Assembly (NCBI RefSeq): GCF_009914755.1
Contig: NC_060938.1
Direction: 5' to 3' (one strand)
Length of the DNA: 64,000 nt
From: the human T2T-CHM13v2.0 reference genome, Homo sapiens
Shown here: in pieces, positions 11,956-28,689 of the stretch
How the letters are laid out: each line of letters begins with the position of its first letter
How positions within the stretch are numbered: the stretch's first letter is position 1
Position numbers and translations under genes: made by a program
The notes under the pieces: model-generated
The model's input: the letters and a program-made list of their open reading frames with translations, nothing else
The model's database searches: none
What the model was told of the DNA's origin: nothing

Positions 11956-13879
11956 TACAGCTATAAAACATACAGAAATAATTTTTGTCAATGTCTACCA
12001 CAAATCCAATATAGTAGTAATTATAAAACCTACCAGATATTGAAGAAAAAATATGTAGAGTACATCACTTACAAATATTGATACTAAAATGCCAAATAAA
12101 ATAAAAATAATATCCAACAATATTTGAAACAGTAAGACAAGAAATTGGCAAAAAAAAAAAAAAACAAATATCTACCTTGAGGATGAAAGTGTGATTCCAA
12201 ATTTGGTGATCCAATAATATTAATAATCATATTGATTACTCCAAATAAACAATAAATAGGGGATTCTCAGTACATGCTAAAATATATTTGTTAAAAGGTA
12301 ATATTCGTGTCTTTAAAGATTTTAAATGCTATAAAGAATCTGATATTCTATATGCAAACGTGTATATGTCTATTAGAAGAAGAGAGGCTTGATTTTCATA
12401 TGTTACTACATAGAGATAGAGAAATGGATAGATTAATTTGCATATTCATAGAGAAAGCATAAAATAGAAATTTACTATCATACTTAAAGGAATTTAAATT
12501 CAAAATAAAATAATTCAAAGGTAAAATTTTAAATATTTTTAACAGTTACATTATTATTAGATAATACAATAATTGTGAAAATATTCAATGCTAAAATAAG
12601 ATAGAATGTCTAAACCTCAGTATTAAAACCAGTATAAATATTTGCTTGTTTATAAAAGGAAAATTCAAGCTCAACCTAAAATTATGTAGGAAATAAAAGA
12701 AAAATTTTAAGGGAGCTCTTTAATAACACAAACATATATATATACACACACATATAACATGTATACATGTTATATGCAATAGATATAGATTTAACATGTT
12801 ATATCTATATTTGTATCTATCTATGACTACAGCTGTATGTATCTACATTTCTCTATATTTACTCAGTGATATAAATATAGACTGGAATAAAAATAAAGGC
12901 CCATATGATTCTTGGATAAAAAGGATTTAGTATCATAAAGACAAATTCTTTCCAAAATCACCTATGAATCCACAACAATATACAGTTTCATTAGTATAAT
13001 TTAAAATTTTTAAATAAATTCCAAGATTCATTTAAGGGAATATACACGTATACCAGCAGCAAAGAAAGAAGTAAGAGTGCACTAAACTAACTTGCTATTA
13101 AAATACATTTTTAAACTTAGTAACTAAAACTGAGCAGTACTGATTTGGAGTACTGGAATTTAGGTATATGAGATCTCAAAAGCATAGAGCTCAAAGGAGA
13201 CCCCTGTATGCACGAGAGCTTAGGACGTGCTTTAGAAGGCATTACCAAACCACGGGCAAAGTTATTTTAGTGTCTTAGTCTTACTAGGTTTGAAAAGCCA
13301 GAGGAAAGACTCAAGGCCACCATATAAGAGCAAAACAAAAGGACAGGGAGAGAATGTGAAGATACTGAAACATTTTACATAAAGTAGTATAAAACATACT
13401 TTAAAGAAAATGTAAAGTTTAGGATATACATCAAAATCAGCAAAACCACTAAATAAATAAATAGGCATTGTAAAGTAGCAAGAGAAAATTTAAATGGATT
13501 TCTAAAAAATATTGACACCTATGATTTTTAAAATATGCTTAAGAATTCCCGTATTTCACAGGGTAGCCTTTCACAACATAGATATATTAGGACATAAATG
13601 TCCTTCTGTTTTTAATTTACTAGTGTTTATAGGGTTAAAATTGTTTTCTACCCTTGTCTTTTGTCTGATGGTGCAAAAAATTTTCATGAGCATGTACTTC
13701 TGAATGCCTGATGGATTGACATATATAATATGCTGTTAGTATTAAAATATGTGACAGAAAATGCATCCAAACTTCTTACTGTTTGCATAAATTCTAGGTT
13801 TCTCCTATTTACCTCAAGCACGTATGGAGCAAATTCTTACCTTTTAATATTGCCATGGCATTCACATTGAACGTAAGTT

Positions 13880-15005
13880 GAACTCTCTCATATGGTAGCT
13901 GGGTTGAGATTCCCTTGACAATTCCTCACAGTTCCTCAGTGTGGCTGGCCCAGATATTGACCCTACACAGTTGCCTCCTCCTGGTGACTACCAGCTATGG
14001 AACCATTGGATACAACCTACCTGACTCACTCCACAGACCTCACAGCACACATGGACAGCTCCCAAACGCCAGAGTGACCTGCTCAGTTGCAGCAGGAGCC
14101 AAGAAATATGCCTGCTGGCACTCACCCGACTGACTAGAGCCCCGAGGAAAACATATTTGGGTAATGTTCTGGGCCCAATAAAGGCTGGAGTCCCACAGAC
14201 CCCTTTTCTCTCTCTTGCTCCCCACTCGTCTTCCCCATTTTGTTCAGCCGTATGAGGTGTGCTACTGTATTAGTCCATTTTCACACCACCGGTAAAGACA
14301 TGCCCAAGACTGGGTAATTTCCAGAAGAAAGAGGTTTAATAGACGCACAGTTCCACATGTCTGGGTAGGCCACACAATCATGGCAGAAGGTGAAAGGCAC
14401 GTCTCACATGGCAGCAGACAAGACAAGAGAGTTTGTGCAGGGAAACTCCCCTTTATAAAACCATCAGATCTTGTGAGACTTATTCACTATCAGAAGAACA
14501 GCATGGGAAACACCTGCCCCCATGATTCAATTTCCTCCAACCTGTTCCCTCCCACAACATGTGGGAATTCAAGATGAGATTTGGCTGGGGACACAGCTAA
14601 ACCCTCTTCTCAGCTACCCTCTTCTCTCTGGATCTGTGAGTAATAAAGCCACTTCTGTGATTTCCCATGTTTGGTCCTGTGGCCTCCATGTGTCTGAGCT
14701 GACCTACACTGGAACCTAACTCTCCTCCTGGCCAGGGTCTCTGAGAGTGGCTCTTGTCAGAAATACACAGGACACAGGTCAGGCAACAGTCACCAGGCAT
14801 CTCCTAGTCTCAACAGATGTTCTGTGAGAGGGAGGCCTGGTCGTGGGATGCACACCTGGCCACTGCTGGGGTAAGGAAGTGTCCTGTGAAAGGCACATGT
14901 TAAGCATCCACAACGCCCTGACCAGAACCCCAGAAAGGCAGGGCTCCAATTGACAGTCACTCTCCAGAGACAAACCTCAAGCCCTAACTGGAGGAAAAGA
15001 AAACA
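13880..15005 (+). mobile_element. ERVL LTR (MER54/MER73/MER74 group) split by a THE1 insertion
   Basis: GGACACAGGTCAG...CTGTGAGAGGGA...GTGAAAGGCACA...ACCTCAAG motifs; AATAAA signals. Confidence 0.6.
14266..14612 (-). mobile_element. THE1 (THE1A/C-like) MaLR solo LTR with 5-bp TSD GCTAC
   Basis: TGTATTAGTCCATTTTCAC...GAGATTTGGCTGGGGACACAGCTAAACC; GCTAC at 14261-14265 and 14613-14617. Confidence 0.92.
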
Positions 15006-16190
15006 ATGTAAAAAGTTGAATTTATCTTACTATTTCAATGATCCAGTAAAGACATTTTATGCCTGTACACCACATATTTTCTTCGATTATGGATTTATTT
15101 TAGATAGAATTTTATGTCTGGCTTTCACTTTAGCCTGGTCCCTACTTCAAGCATAAGGTAAAGATTTTCCATGGGTTCTTTTCTGGTACTACTACCTGCC
15201 AGTGTGGGGTCATGTCCTAGTCTATCTTGAGGGAATCCCCCTGTTCATTATTGCCAGAGTGAGACTGTTAAGTCTTGATTTCCCTGGACAGCTTCACTGC
15301 TTGACTTTTAATATGATTTTTTAATATACCCTTTACTGGGCAATAAATTATATAGTTATCTGAGTAAGAGATATGGTCAGGAAGAGGCATTGCCTCATTC
15401 AACTTTTCTGTTTGGTGAACTCGCATATGTTCTCCTCACCCGCCAGTCACCTCTAAACCGTATTGTTCCAAGACAACAAACAGAACTCGAGTGTGTATCT
15501 TTCACCACTGGATTTGTCTTTGCTCCATAGAGCTTCATGCTTAATAGGGTTTCTGTTAGCATTTTCTTTATTTATTTTCCCATAAAATATCACAGGCCTT
15601 CTTCAGATGGAATTATGGGTGATTTCCTTCAATCTGCATCATATCAAGTTGAGGTTCATGTTGATGAAAAGTAAAACATACATTGAAAATATCAGTAGTG
15701 ATGTTTTCCCCTCCTTTTTAGCACCTATGCTTGTGATACAAGCACATTTTAATACAATTGTAGTCTCATGCTTTGATCATTCCTAAGATGAAAATAACAT
15801 TTTTAGATAAAATATCTGAGTTTTATGAGGCCTTTTGTATATGATGTGATAGATTATTGGAAGACCATACTTTTTTCTAGCTTTCCATGCAATTCTATCT
15901 TTGTTTCATCTTTACTCCTACAAGAGTAATTTTCCAGAATAGATATCTTGTCATTCTTCCTGTTGTTATCAATAAATAAGTGAAACGAAAAGCTAGATTA
16001 CATAATTTATCTAGAACAAGAAAGTAGAATTGAATCAATATTCGTTAATTAGACTGAGCAGTCAATTACACAGATAGGCATTTTACATTTTGAAGATCAT
16101 ATGGACCCATTGTCAGATATATTATTATTTATTTCTACATGGACATCACCTGTGAATATTTATGTAGAAATCAATGAGAGCTGATTTTTA

Positions 16191-16496
<306 letters not shown>

Positions 16497-17479
16497 GGAA
16501 GCTGATTTTTAAAATACTGAGATCATATAGATGACAGCACCTGAAAAATAGACAACACCAAGCTTTATGTTAAAAGGTGTGAGGGTATCAATATTTTTGT
16601 GGCTATTGGGGAGGAAAATATTAGTAAAACCAGTGAGTTAAAGCTGTTGCTTTAAACTTTGGCTTTAATTCAACAAATGTTCTCTGTGGTGATAGTACGT
16701 ATGTAACCATGCTATGCCCATTCACAGATGCAGTAGAGGGAAGAATTTCTCAAAGACAACTGCTCTAAGATTGAAATTAAACTGTACTGGGTTTGAAAAG
16801 AGAAAGTCCAGGAATTACCAAATATTTTAGATATCAGATAAAAGAGAATGCCAGGTATGCGATGATAATCAGCAACGGTTGTTCACACAATATATCAAAT
16901 CAGTATTTGAATTAGCTTTTGAATTACGAGGACAAATGGATCAAGTCTTGACTCATTAGTAGGTAAATCTTATTAGGCTGAAATGTGTTTTCGCCTGTTT
17001 TTCCACAAGGAGATTTCAGATTTGCAAACCTCAGCTGCTCTCATTTTATGCTCTCACCAATCCAAAAGCTGAAGTTCATCAATCAGTGTGTCTAAGTGTT
17101 CACTAGTTATATACCATTTTGTAGTTTAGGCTATCTTTCCAACTTCCTAAATCATCACCTTCATTTGACCTTGTTTTTTTCCACTATCACTTCTTTACTG
17201 ACCATATAAAGAATACAAGTAAGTTCTTATTTTCTTATTGTTCATTTTAGTCTAATTTCATCAAAATATCATAATTCTTTAATTTCATTTTAATTTCAAA
17301 GATTAAAAGAAACCTACATAGAAATAAGTTTAAGATTGTATTTGCGTTATTTTGGCATCAATTTGCTATCCTCCCTCATACACATAGAGATCATTTCCAT
17401 GTACGTGATTTCAAACATCCAAGTGCAGTATTAAAAGCAGTTGTAAATTATGGTTCTCATTTTCATGATACAATTACTA

Positions 17480-18288
<809 letters not shown>

Positions 18289-18376
18289 GACATAATCTAT
18301 TTACATGCAGATTAAAATGTTCTTTATTTTTCTTCCTCCCTGTATTAATTTTTTTAAATAATATGAATTGTAGTAA

Positions 18377-18544
18377 AGAGAAAGAAAGAAAAGAAAAGAA
18401 AGAAAGTAAAAAGAAGGAAGGAAAGAAGGAAGGAAGGAAAGAAAGAAAGAAGAAAGAAAAGAAGGAGGAAATGAGAGAAGGAAGGAAGGGAGGGAGGGAG
18501 GAAGGGAGAAAGGCAGGAAGGGAGAAAAAAGAAAGAAAGAACAC

Positions 18545-18584
<40 letters not shown>

Positions 18585-19045
18585 AAAGAAAGAAAGAAAG
18601 GGAAAGAAAGAGACAGAGAGAGAAAGAAAGTGAGAAAGAAAGAAAGGAAGGAGGAAGGGAGGAAGGAAAGGAGGAAGAGAGAACGGTAAAAGGGAGGAAG
18701 GCAAAGAAAGAAAATAAAGAGGAAAAGGAAGGAAGGAAGGAAAAATGAGGAAAGGAAGGGAGGGAGGAAGGAAGAAAAGGAGGGAGGGAGGACGGGAGAA
18801 AAAAAGAAAGAAAGCAAGGAAGTGAGAAAGAAAGAATAAGAGAAAAGAAGGAAGAAAAGAAGGGAGGGAGAAAGGAAGGGAGGGAGGAGGGAAGGAAGAA
18901 TCAGAGGAAAGAAAGAAGGAAGCAAAGAAGGAAGGAAGGAGAAAAAAAGAAAAAGGAAAAGAAAAGGAAGAGGAAAAGAAGAAAGGAAGGAAGAAGGCAA
19001 GGGAAGGAAAGAGAAAATGGAAGATGGAAAGAAGGAAGGAAGACC
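18377..19045 (+). repeat. Purine-rich low-complexity tract (GAAA)n/(GGAA)n
   Basis: About 670 bp of almost exclusively A/G on the + strand. Confidence 0.95.
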
Positions 19046-19964
19046 GCAAATATTAGAAATTCTGGGTTTGTTAGAGTATATGCCATACTGTTTTTTTTTT
19101 TTTCACTTGAAAGGAAAGAGTATCTGCCATTGAAGATTGGGTGTCTTGTTGGTGATATTGTTCTTATCTTCCATATGATTACTGAGTCTGTGCCTAGTCT
19201 GTCCCTTACTAAGACAAAAGTTTTGAAGTCTGCAAATATAATTTTGGATTTTTCTAGTTCACCTTTGAATTCTTTCATGTTTTACCTCATGTATTTGGAG
19301 GTTCTTTTGTTAGCTGCATACCCTAATTAGTAGGATGTTTACATCTTCTTGAGAATTGATTATTATATTATCTATTATCTCTCATCTCTGATACTATTTC
19401 TTGTTCTGAACTCTGTTGTGTCTAATATCAATGTCGTCCTTCCGCAGCTTTATTTTAGTGTTTCCATGATATGGCTTTCTCCATATCTTGATGATAAACT
19501 ATTTATATCTCTATATATTTGGAGCAAGATATAAAATTTAGAGTTGATTTTTTAAAGATTTTCCAAGATGTAATTCTTATTTATTTTTGTTCTATTTGAC
19601 ATTCTCTGAGTTTCTTATATCTGAAATTTGATTTTCTGTCACTTCTTTTAGAATATATTTGGCAGTTATTTTGAAAAATATTTCTTTTGCTCCATTATTT
19701 TTTCCTCTTTTCTTTTTGGGATTTCAATTATAACTAGGGTAGGTAATTTCATCTCAGTCTTATGCAGGTACTTTTTCTCAGGGTCTCAGGAATGTAGCCT
19801 TCTCACACTTCTGTTCTTTTCCTGGCTGTGTTGGTGAGCTCAGTATATTCCTCCTTCACCTTCAAGAGCAGTTTTGTTTTGTTTTTCCTGTTTTCATACT
19901 CCCAGCATCATGAGTATTCTAGGTTTGTCAGTTTTTGTTACCTTCCCCTACATATTAAGTGGAA

Positions 19965-20245
19965 TATCTTGGTCTATTTGGATTCTTATAACAAAATAAC
20001 ATGAACTGGGTGACTAAAAAACAACAGATATTTCTTTTTTCACACTTCTTGAGGCTGTAAGATCTCAGGTCAAAATGCTCACAAATTCAGTTTTGATGAG
20101 AGCCCATTTCATGGTTCATAGATGGTGCCTTCTTTCTATGTCCTCACATAGTGGAAGGCACACAAGAACTCCACTGAGCTTCTTTTATAAAGGCACTAAT
20201 CCCATTCAAAAGGGCTCGGCCCCCAAGACCTGGTCACCTCCCAAG
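19965..20245 (-). mobile_element. MLT1A-like LTR fragment
   Basis: ATAACAAAATA...ACTGGGTGACT...TGTCCTCACATAGTGGAAGG...AAGGCACTAATCCCATTCA. Confidence 0.75.
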
Positions 20246-21079
20246 TGTTCTGCTCTCCCTGATCTGTATCATATACAGACTCTCTTGGATTCCTTACCAA
20301 TTGCTTGAGAGATCACAGTGGGTTTGTGGGGAAAAAGTTTTCAAGATGATGGATCTTTCCCAACTTCTGCAGCTGTCAGTCATCTCCCAATCTGACCAGC
20401 CCCACTTTGTCTTTAGGAATTTATTGATTATTCCAGCTTTACGTGTCATAGTGGTGTCTATTTGCATCTGTCCTATGTAAGTGTATCTGTCCTCTTTCTC
20501 CTTGCAGGTGCTTGCTTTCCCTGACATTTTGACTCAGTTCTTGGCAACCTGGTTGCTATAAAAATAAAGTCATGACTTTGAATTTAGTTTGGTTATTACA
20601 TTGTTGTAAGGTTAGGAGCCCTATTCCATCCCAGCTCTGCAAAACCCAGAATTTTGGGGCGGTTGAAATTTTAGGCTTTCTCTTTGAATTGTAGTTTTAT
20701 CTTATTTCAACTACAATTTGCATTTTCATAATGATTAATGAGACTAAGCTTTTTTTGTGTAGTTGACTGTACCTTTGGATTTTTTTCCCAAATCCCTTTT
20801 CATTTCTTATTTTCTTTATGGTTTCAGAAAATGTAGTTTACATAATTGCAGCTTGATTTTTTAATCAGTTAATGGTATGCTTAATGGAGGGAAAAAATAT
20901 TAACTATATCTCCCTTTTTAATTACTGTGCTTTTTTCTTTTTTAAGGAAATATTTCATTATGTTAAATTTTAGTGTTATTCTACTTAGCTATCCCTTAAA
21001 TATTACAGTATTTTGGATTTCACATATAAATTTGTAACACATCTTGAGTTTTTTGTATATACAGTAAGGCTATTTTCTC

Positions 21080-21540
21080 TTTTTTGTTTTCTAAGGCAAA
21101 AATCACATAATATGAAATTAATAACTTAACCATTTTAAAACATACAATGCAATTGCTTTCAGAATATTCACAATGTTCCAGGATAATTTCATCATGTCCC
21201 TTCTAAAAGCCCATTATGCATTAAGTTGTTACACCCTATTCTGCTTCCCTGAGCCCTAATGACCACTAATCTGATTTATATCCCAATTGATTTGCCGATT
21301 CCTGATGTTTCATGTGAATAAAATCAAGTAATGTTTGTCCTTCTGTGAACTTAACATAATGCTTTCAAATTTCACCCATATTATACCATGTATAAGTACT
21401 TCATTCTTTGTTATAGCTGGAAATTGGGTGTCCATTTATGAGTCAACAAGCACATGGATTGTTTCCACTTTTTGACTGTATAAATATTACTGCTGTAAAT
21501 ATTCATGCACATGTTTATTTTTTGAGCACCTATGTTTTGT
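21080..21540 (-). mobile_element. L1M (L1MB-like) 3' end fragment
   Basis: TTAACCATTTTAAA...ACCACTAATCTG...GATTGTTTCCACTTTTTGACT old L1 3' UTR motifs. Confidence 0.65.
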
Positions 21541-21917
21541 AAGAGTAACAGCTGACTTAAGAGAAACAATGGAAGGCAAGAGGCAGTAGAATAATATAGT
21601 CAAAAGATGCAAAGGAAAATAAACTGTCAGCCACCAATTCCTTATCCAGCAATTATTTTTCAAAAATGAAGATAACACAAAGACTTACCCAAATAAACAG
21701 AAATATTAACTGAAGTTGTTGCTGGCAGACCTACCATATAAAAAAAAAAAAAAACTAAAATAAATTCCTAAGGCTAAAAGCAAGTTACACAAGACAGTCA
21801 TTTGAATGCACATTTTTTAAAAAACACTGGTATAGGTAATATTAACATTATAAAAGACAGTATAAATGCATGTTTTCTCTTTATCATAAATTGTTTATAA
21901 AATAATATGTGTATAAC

Positions 21918-22332
<415 letters not shown>

Positions 22333-23004
22333 CTAGATGGTAAAGTAATAATTACTAAAATGTATTGTTGGCTTTGTGACTTTAATAGATGTAATGTGTA
22401 AAGTGATAATACTTTAAAATGGAGGAAATAAAAGAGATTTGTAAAAGAATGGTGTTTCTATGTATTACTGAAAGTTTACTAGTATAAATTGGAAGACGAT
22501 TTGAATAACTAGTTTTCCATATACTTATATGGTAAACTTACAACAACAACAAAAATTCTCAAAAATATATAGTAAAATAATTCATTAGTAATCTAAAGTT
22601 CCCTGTTTTAGAAAATATTCATTCATTGCAAAATAAAGCAATAAAGAAAAATATTTGGGAAATATAGAAAACAAACTGTAAAATGGCAGACATAAATAGA
22701 ATTATACCAATTATAATATTAAATGTGAGCAGATTAAAGTCCAATCAAGAGGCAGAGATTGTCGGACTGGATTAAAACAAGTGATCCCAATATACCCGGA
22801 GATGCAAGGATACTAATGGATTGAAAGTAAAAAGATGATAAAAAATATCATGCAAAGAGCAATCATAACAACACTGAACTCATTATACTCATAACACACG
22901 ATATAGACTATTAAAAAGGTGAATAGGATTTTAAAAATTTATATTGTAGTAATAAGGGGGTCAACGCTTTCGGAAGACATAGCTATTACAATCATGTATA
23001 CACA

Positions 23005-23430
23005 GATAGGAGCTAAATTGTTTCCTCTATATAGATGCTGAAATCCTAACCACTGAATATGACCTCATGAGGAAATAGGTTCTTTGCAGGTGATCAAGTT
23101 AAGATAAAATCAGATGAGCCTGAATTCCATATGACTGATGTCCTTATAAAAAGAAAAAATTTGAGTAGAGGGAGACATACACACAGGGAGAGTACCATGT
23201 GATTATGAGGGCAGAGATTAGCCAAGGAATGCTAAAGACTGCCACTAAACCACCAGAAGCTAGAAACAAGGCATAGAACAGACTTTCTCTCATAGCCCTT
23301 GAAGGAACCATCCCTGCTGACACCTCAATCTCAGACTTTTAGCTTCCAGGACTATAAGACTATAAATGTATGTTGTTCAAGGCACCCAGTTTGTGTTAGT
23401 TGGTTATGGCAAACCTAGAAAACTAATACA
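23005..23430 (+). mobile_element. MLT1B/C LTR
   Basis: GGAAATAGGTTCTTTGCAGGTG...GCCAAGGAATGC...CCACCAGAAGCTAG...GGAACCATCCCTGCTGACACC...AAACTAATACA. Confidence 0.85.
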
Positions 23431-26400
23431 TGAACTAATAGCAAAGCATAATAACATGAAGCAAAAATTGACAAAAGAGGAGCATCAGCAAAACAGCAGT
23501 GGAGACAGCTGCAATCTTTCATTTCCCCACAGAAACATCACACAACTAAGAGAAACTGTCCGATAAACTTTGCCAAAACTCTGGAAAATGGTCAAAAGAT
23601 TACAACAACCAAGTGAAAGCAGACTCAAGAAAAAGACAACTTGAAAACTTTATGACATTTTTAACTTGCCTTTGCCCCAGCAAATTGGCAGTTTTGAAGT
23701 GTCAGAAGCCCACGTTCCAGGTGAGGAACCCTGGTCCATGGTCCAGAGGAACAAGAGAAGATCTTACCCGCAAATTGTTATGTGTCTGTTCTGACTGGTC
23801 TGGGGGATACCTAAAGGACTAATGAAAGGCTTTTTTTTCTTCTGTGTTGCTAGAATACAGAAGAGATAACGAATGGACATTATTAAGAAACTATGCAAGG
23901 AGACCTAACAAACCACAGATGCTTAGGTCAAAAATTAGAGTTTACACATATAGTAGATCACCTTCAGCACAGGAAGAAAAGTTGGAGAAGAGTATTTGGA
24001 AAACTAAGACATTCAAAATCATTCACGGACATGGGAGTGTCTAGAAAGTCACATGTATGCATAGGTTAAGCCACATGCTGACAAATGTCATAAGAAGACC
24101 CTACACTTTTACCTTGGCAGATCCCTCCCCTCAGTTCAAGCTCTGTGCAAGAGTGAACTTGAACTTCACTCAGTGCAAGAGTGAACACACACTTTGTGCC
24201 GGCATTAAAGAACCCAGCACAAAGCCAGTCTGCATGGCCCAGAGACATATTTTATTGGATAATGATTCCTTGTTTTTCTTTTTTTGTTGTATTTGCCTGT
24301 TTGCTTAGCTCCTGACATACAAGAAAATCACTGTCAAAACATTAGCTTAACATTTGTTAAGGAAACAAAAAGACTTCGGTGACCACACCTTATAAAGCAA
24401 ACAGTTTTGTAAATCACTTTGGAAAATTTCACTAAAAATTAAAACCTTAACAATAATAAGTAAATAAAACTTAAAACAACAAAACATTAGTGTGTTTGTA
24501 GGGGGGGGTCTGATATACAGAGTAACCACATAGTAATTATAATTATTATAATGTCCAGTTTTCAAAAAGTTACAAGGCATACGAAGAATGGGAAAGTATG
24601 GCTCATTCAAAGGAACAAAATAAATTGACAGAAAATATCTCTAAGGAAACCCAGATATCAAACTTACTAGACAAAGACTTTAAAACAACTGTCTTAATGA
24701 TACTCAAATGTCAAAAGGAAAACAGAAACAAAGAAATAAAGGAATCAGAAAAAAATATTAAAAAGTAGGACTATCAACAAAGAGATAACAGAAATTCTGG
24801 AGTGGAAAACTACAATGATGAAAATTAAAAAATCACCAGGGGGATTTAAGAGTATATTTGCACACACAGAAGAAGTCATGAGCTTGAAGATAAGAAAATG
24901 GAAAATATCGACTCTGAGAAACAGATAAAAAATGAGCAGAGACTAAGGAATCTGTGGGACATCGTCAAATAGACCAACATTCATATTCTAGAAGGTTAAA
25001 TTATGTTGTTAAAAACTTTACCATTCATTCTTTTCACATTTCTTTCTTCCTCCCTCCCCCTCCTCCTCCTTTTTACTTTTCATCCTCTTCCTTTCTCTTA
25101 TTTCTCTCCTTCATTATCCCTTTTGCTCTGTTTCTCTTTCTCCCTTTCTCTTTTTTCTTTTCTTTCAATTTTCTCAATTACTAAGAGATGTTTAAATACC
25201 CTTACCATGTTAGTACGTATGGTTATTTATCCCTTCAGTTCTCTTTTGAGATTTATAGTCACTCTAAGTAAAGAGATAACCCAAACATAAGCCCCACAAA
25301 CAGGCTTCCATACCATTCTTAATTTGGTCCTGTAATTCTTCGTTGCTGTATTAACTTTCTGATGCTTTTAAGGATGTTTTATAACAAATTGTTTAGTTTT
25401 TTCCAATGGAATGTTTATTCTGAATTATCTAATTCATATTGTAAGCATAGAGGGAGTTTAATATAAAATTATTAAACTAATATTTGTGAAAGAATGTATT
25501 TGTGCATTTAACAAATATGTTAATCCTCAGACTGTTATTGGGCAGCTGAGCATACAGCATTGAAAATAACATAATTTTTATGTGTACAATATTTATGGAA
25601 CATGTTACTGGAACAAATAAATAATTTAGTTAATAACATGACAAAGAACAGAAATGGTATACACTATAGAGCATAGTAATGGAATAATGAATGATTAAAG
25701 TTTTTAATATTAGGTAGAAAATGAAGGGTATCTTTGAGAGCAGATCTCAAGGAAGCAAGCAATTCACCTTATGAGGAAAGAGTTACCTGTGGATAAAGGA
25801 GAAACTGAAAAATTTACAAGTCAAGACTTTTTGAGCAAAAACAAAAATATGACTATTAGTCACCAATTCAGTACAGTGAAAAAAAAGTTGAAGAGATATC
25901 TTGGAAGTAAACCATGTTTTGGAAGAGCATGTAGGGTTTTGATAATCATAGGATGATTCTGAATTAATTTTAAATGCGATAGGAATATATGAGATACTTT
26001 CACCAGAGAATAACATGATTGTGTTTGCATTTCAATGGGGTGTATCTGGTGCACCGTGTAGAATAAGTAGGTTATGTGAGCAAATAAATTGGGAGGCTAT
26101 TGTAATCCAGAGAAAAAAGGTAGTGACTTAGGTGAGAATGCTGTGAGTATGAGTGGTATTAGTGGTGAGAAGTCGTTAGGCCATGGATGTATTTCATAGG
26201 ACTGGCCAAGAGAACTGCAGCTAAATTGGAGTGTAGGGAGTGAAATGGAGAACTCAACGATGACTCTCAGCACTGGAAGGTGACAGCTGCCACTGAAGCA
26301 GGCTGATGCCTCTTATTAAGAGAGTTACTTGGGAATGGCAAGATCAAACCTTCTCACTTTCAAATTTATGAAAAATATTGTTTTCCGAACGAATGACTTT

Positions 26401-28689
26401 GGGATCAGAAAGCCATCATTCTAATTGATGGTTCCACGACTACATGGGCTCACACTCCCAAGAACAAAAGTAAATCATCACAAAGGTGCTTCCTGATAAT
26501 TCTAGAGAATGGAGAATTACTGTAACATCTTTCTGATTTTAGGAGAGGTAGCAGTTCCATGTTTAGCCTAAATGCTATTTTTTCTAAAGCTCAGCCAAGA
26601 GACTCCATTATAATTTTCAAACGTGCATAACTTAACTTCTCATATTAAATACTACTATGCTTAAATTAGTCAAAACATTTTCCCCATCTACAACTCTATC
26701 TTTTCATTGTAATCATTTTCACAAAAGTGACTGCAGCTAACAGACCCTAAAAGGGGAAAATCTAGGGTAGGTTATCTGATCTAGTTAGTTTGGAAGACAG
26801 GATCTAGAGATTATTTAATATGAAATAGGTCACCTGAAATGAAGTGTTTACTGAAAACAGCTTGGATCAGCCCAGTTTTCTACCACTGAACCATGCATTT
26901 GGTTTAAAAAACACAACAACTCTGGGGAATATTGGCTGCTTCCAACTCTGTTGAAGGTGTTAAAGAAAAGAGCATAAAATTATAAATGATCATCTGAGGC
27001 CTTTAGAGTCTCTGCTCAAGAGACTAGAGTTTTCCATTCTTAACGAAACACCCAAATATCTTCATTATTGGGCAAAATCTAAATATCAGAGAGATAATTT
27101 TATCTTGAAGTTTGTTAAATTATAATGGTGATTCACTACCTTGCCACGTCTCTGAGTCAAAAATTAGGTCTTTGTTTAGGAATCGATGGTACTCTGCAAC
27201 TTGGAAATAGGAAGATTTTAGAAGACTCAAACATTGACTTTCTTGTGTGTAAAAAAAGACGTATTGAGATAAGACAAGTCTTTCCTTGCAAGGATACCCC
27301 TAATGCTCATACACCACCTCCCCTAACGTTAATATAGCTTCCAGGTCACTAACCAGTGTCAGAGAGCAGCCTATGCAACTACAAATTCAAAAGATGTCGA
27401 ACACAGGGTCAAGCCTAGAATAAGAAGTCTCAGCTAATTTAGTATGCTTTTCCCCCCAAATTCATATTAACAAAAACTTGGATATGTCAGAGAATGCATT
27501 CTAAGTTCATTCAACCTAGGAGGGAGAAACATAATTTTAAATTAAGAGCTGAAGCATTCTTGTCCTAACAAAAAGCAAGGAAAACGAAATATCACACCAC
27601 AGGAGGGATTTCACAAATTAGTGTCAACATCAAAACCTTAAAATAGGCAAGGAAAATGGAGATTCACAATTAACTCTTCTACGTGTTTTGTTCAGAGAAG
27701 AGATGGTTCTGAGAGAATGACAGTGAATTAACCCCAGCTGGTTTAGTTGGTGCTTTCAATTGCTGCTTCTGATAAACTCCTTTAGCTAGAATAAATTGAT
27801 GAGGATTTTGGCATGTGGCATTAGAGATGGTTATTAATTTTGTCCTCTTATTTGCATTGCTCAATGTAGTAAATACTAGCTGTATATGGCTACTTAATTT
27901 CAAATTAATTACAATGAAATATACTTAAATATTGAATTTTTTAGTCACTGTTGGTTCATTATTGAATATCTTCAGCTAAGATTTCCCATCTAAATATACT
28001 AAGAGATGGTTTAGTTAACTGGTCGTCCACAAATATTGACGCTGTTGTTAACTCCTGATATATTCTCTGCAAATAGAATATTCATGAGCCTCCTCCTGAA
28101 ACCAGTAGCCTAGAGATAATTTTATAAATGGGACACAAGCTGGAAATCTATACTCTTTCAGTTTTTGAAATATTAGCTTCCCAGTGAATAAAATCAAATT
28201 CATAAGATATGTTAGGACAGTTTAACTCAAGATGTTCAAAACTGAAATGACACATTCTACAATATGTGATAAAACCACCCCCTAACAACTTAAAGCAAAA
28301 CAGGGATTGACCTTAAAGACCTGCCTTTGCCTCATCCCCCAGCCAATCAGTTTTCAAATCTTGCATTTTATTTTGAAAGGTCCTTATCTCCCTAGTCTCT
28401 TGTTTCTAGACTTGGCACATATTTAAGTTTGTTACCTCTATCTACTGAGTTTCCTCTCTTCAAACAGTATCTTTGCCTGCCAAATATGAACATACAAAAA
28501 ACAAATCAGAATGTGCCATTCTGATTTAAACTCCTTATTAGTTAATACCCTCAAGATAACATCTGGGTTCTTAGCTCCACTGAGTTAAGCCTACTTACAT
28601 CTTTTTTTGTCTTCGACTGCACTTTTCCTATCACATCACACTCCAGCAATGCCAAGCTGTGCCGCCTTCTACCCCATTTCCACTATTTT

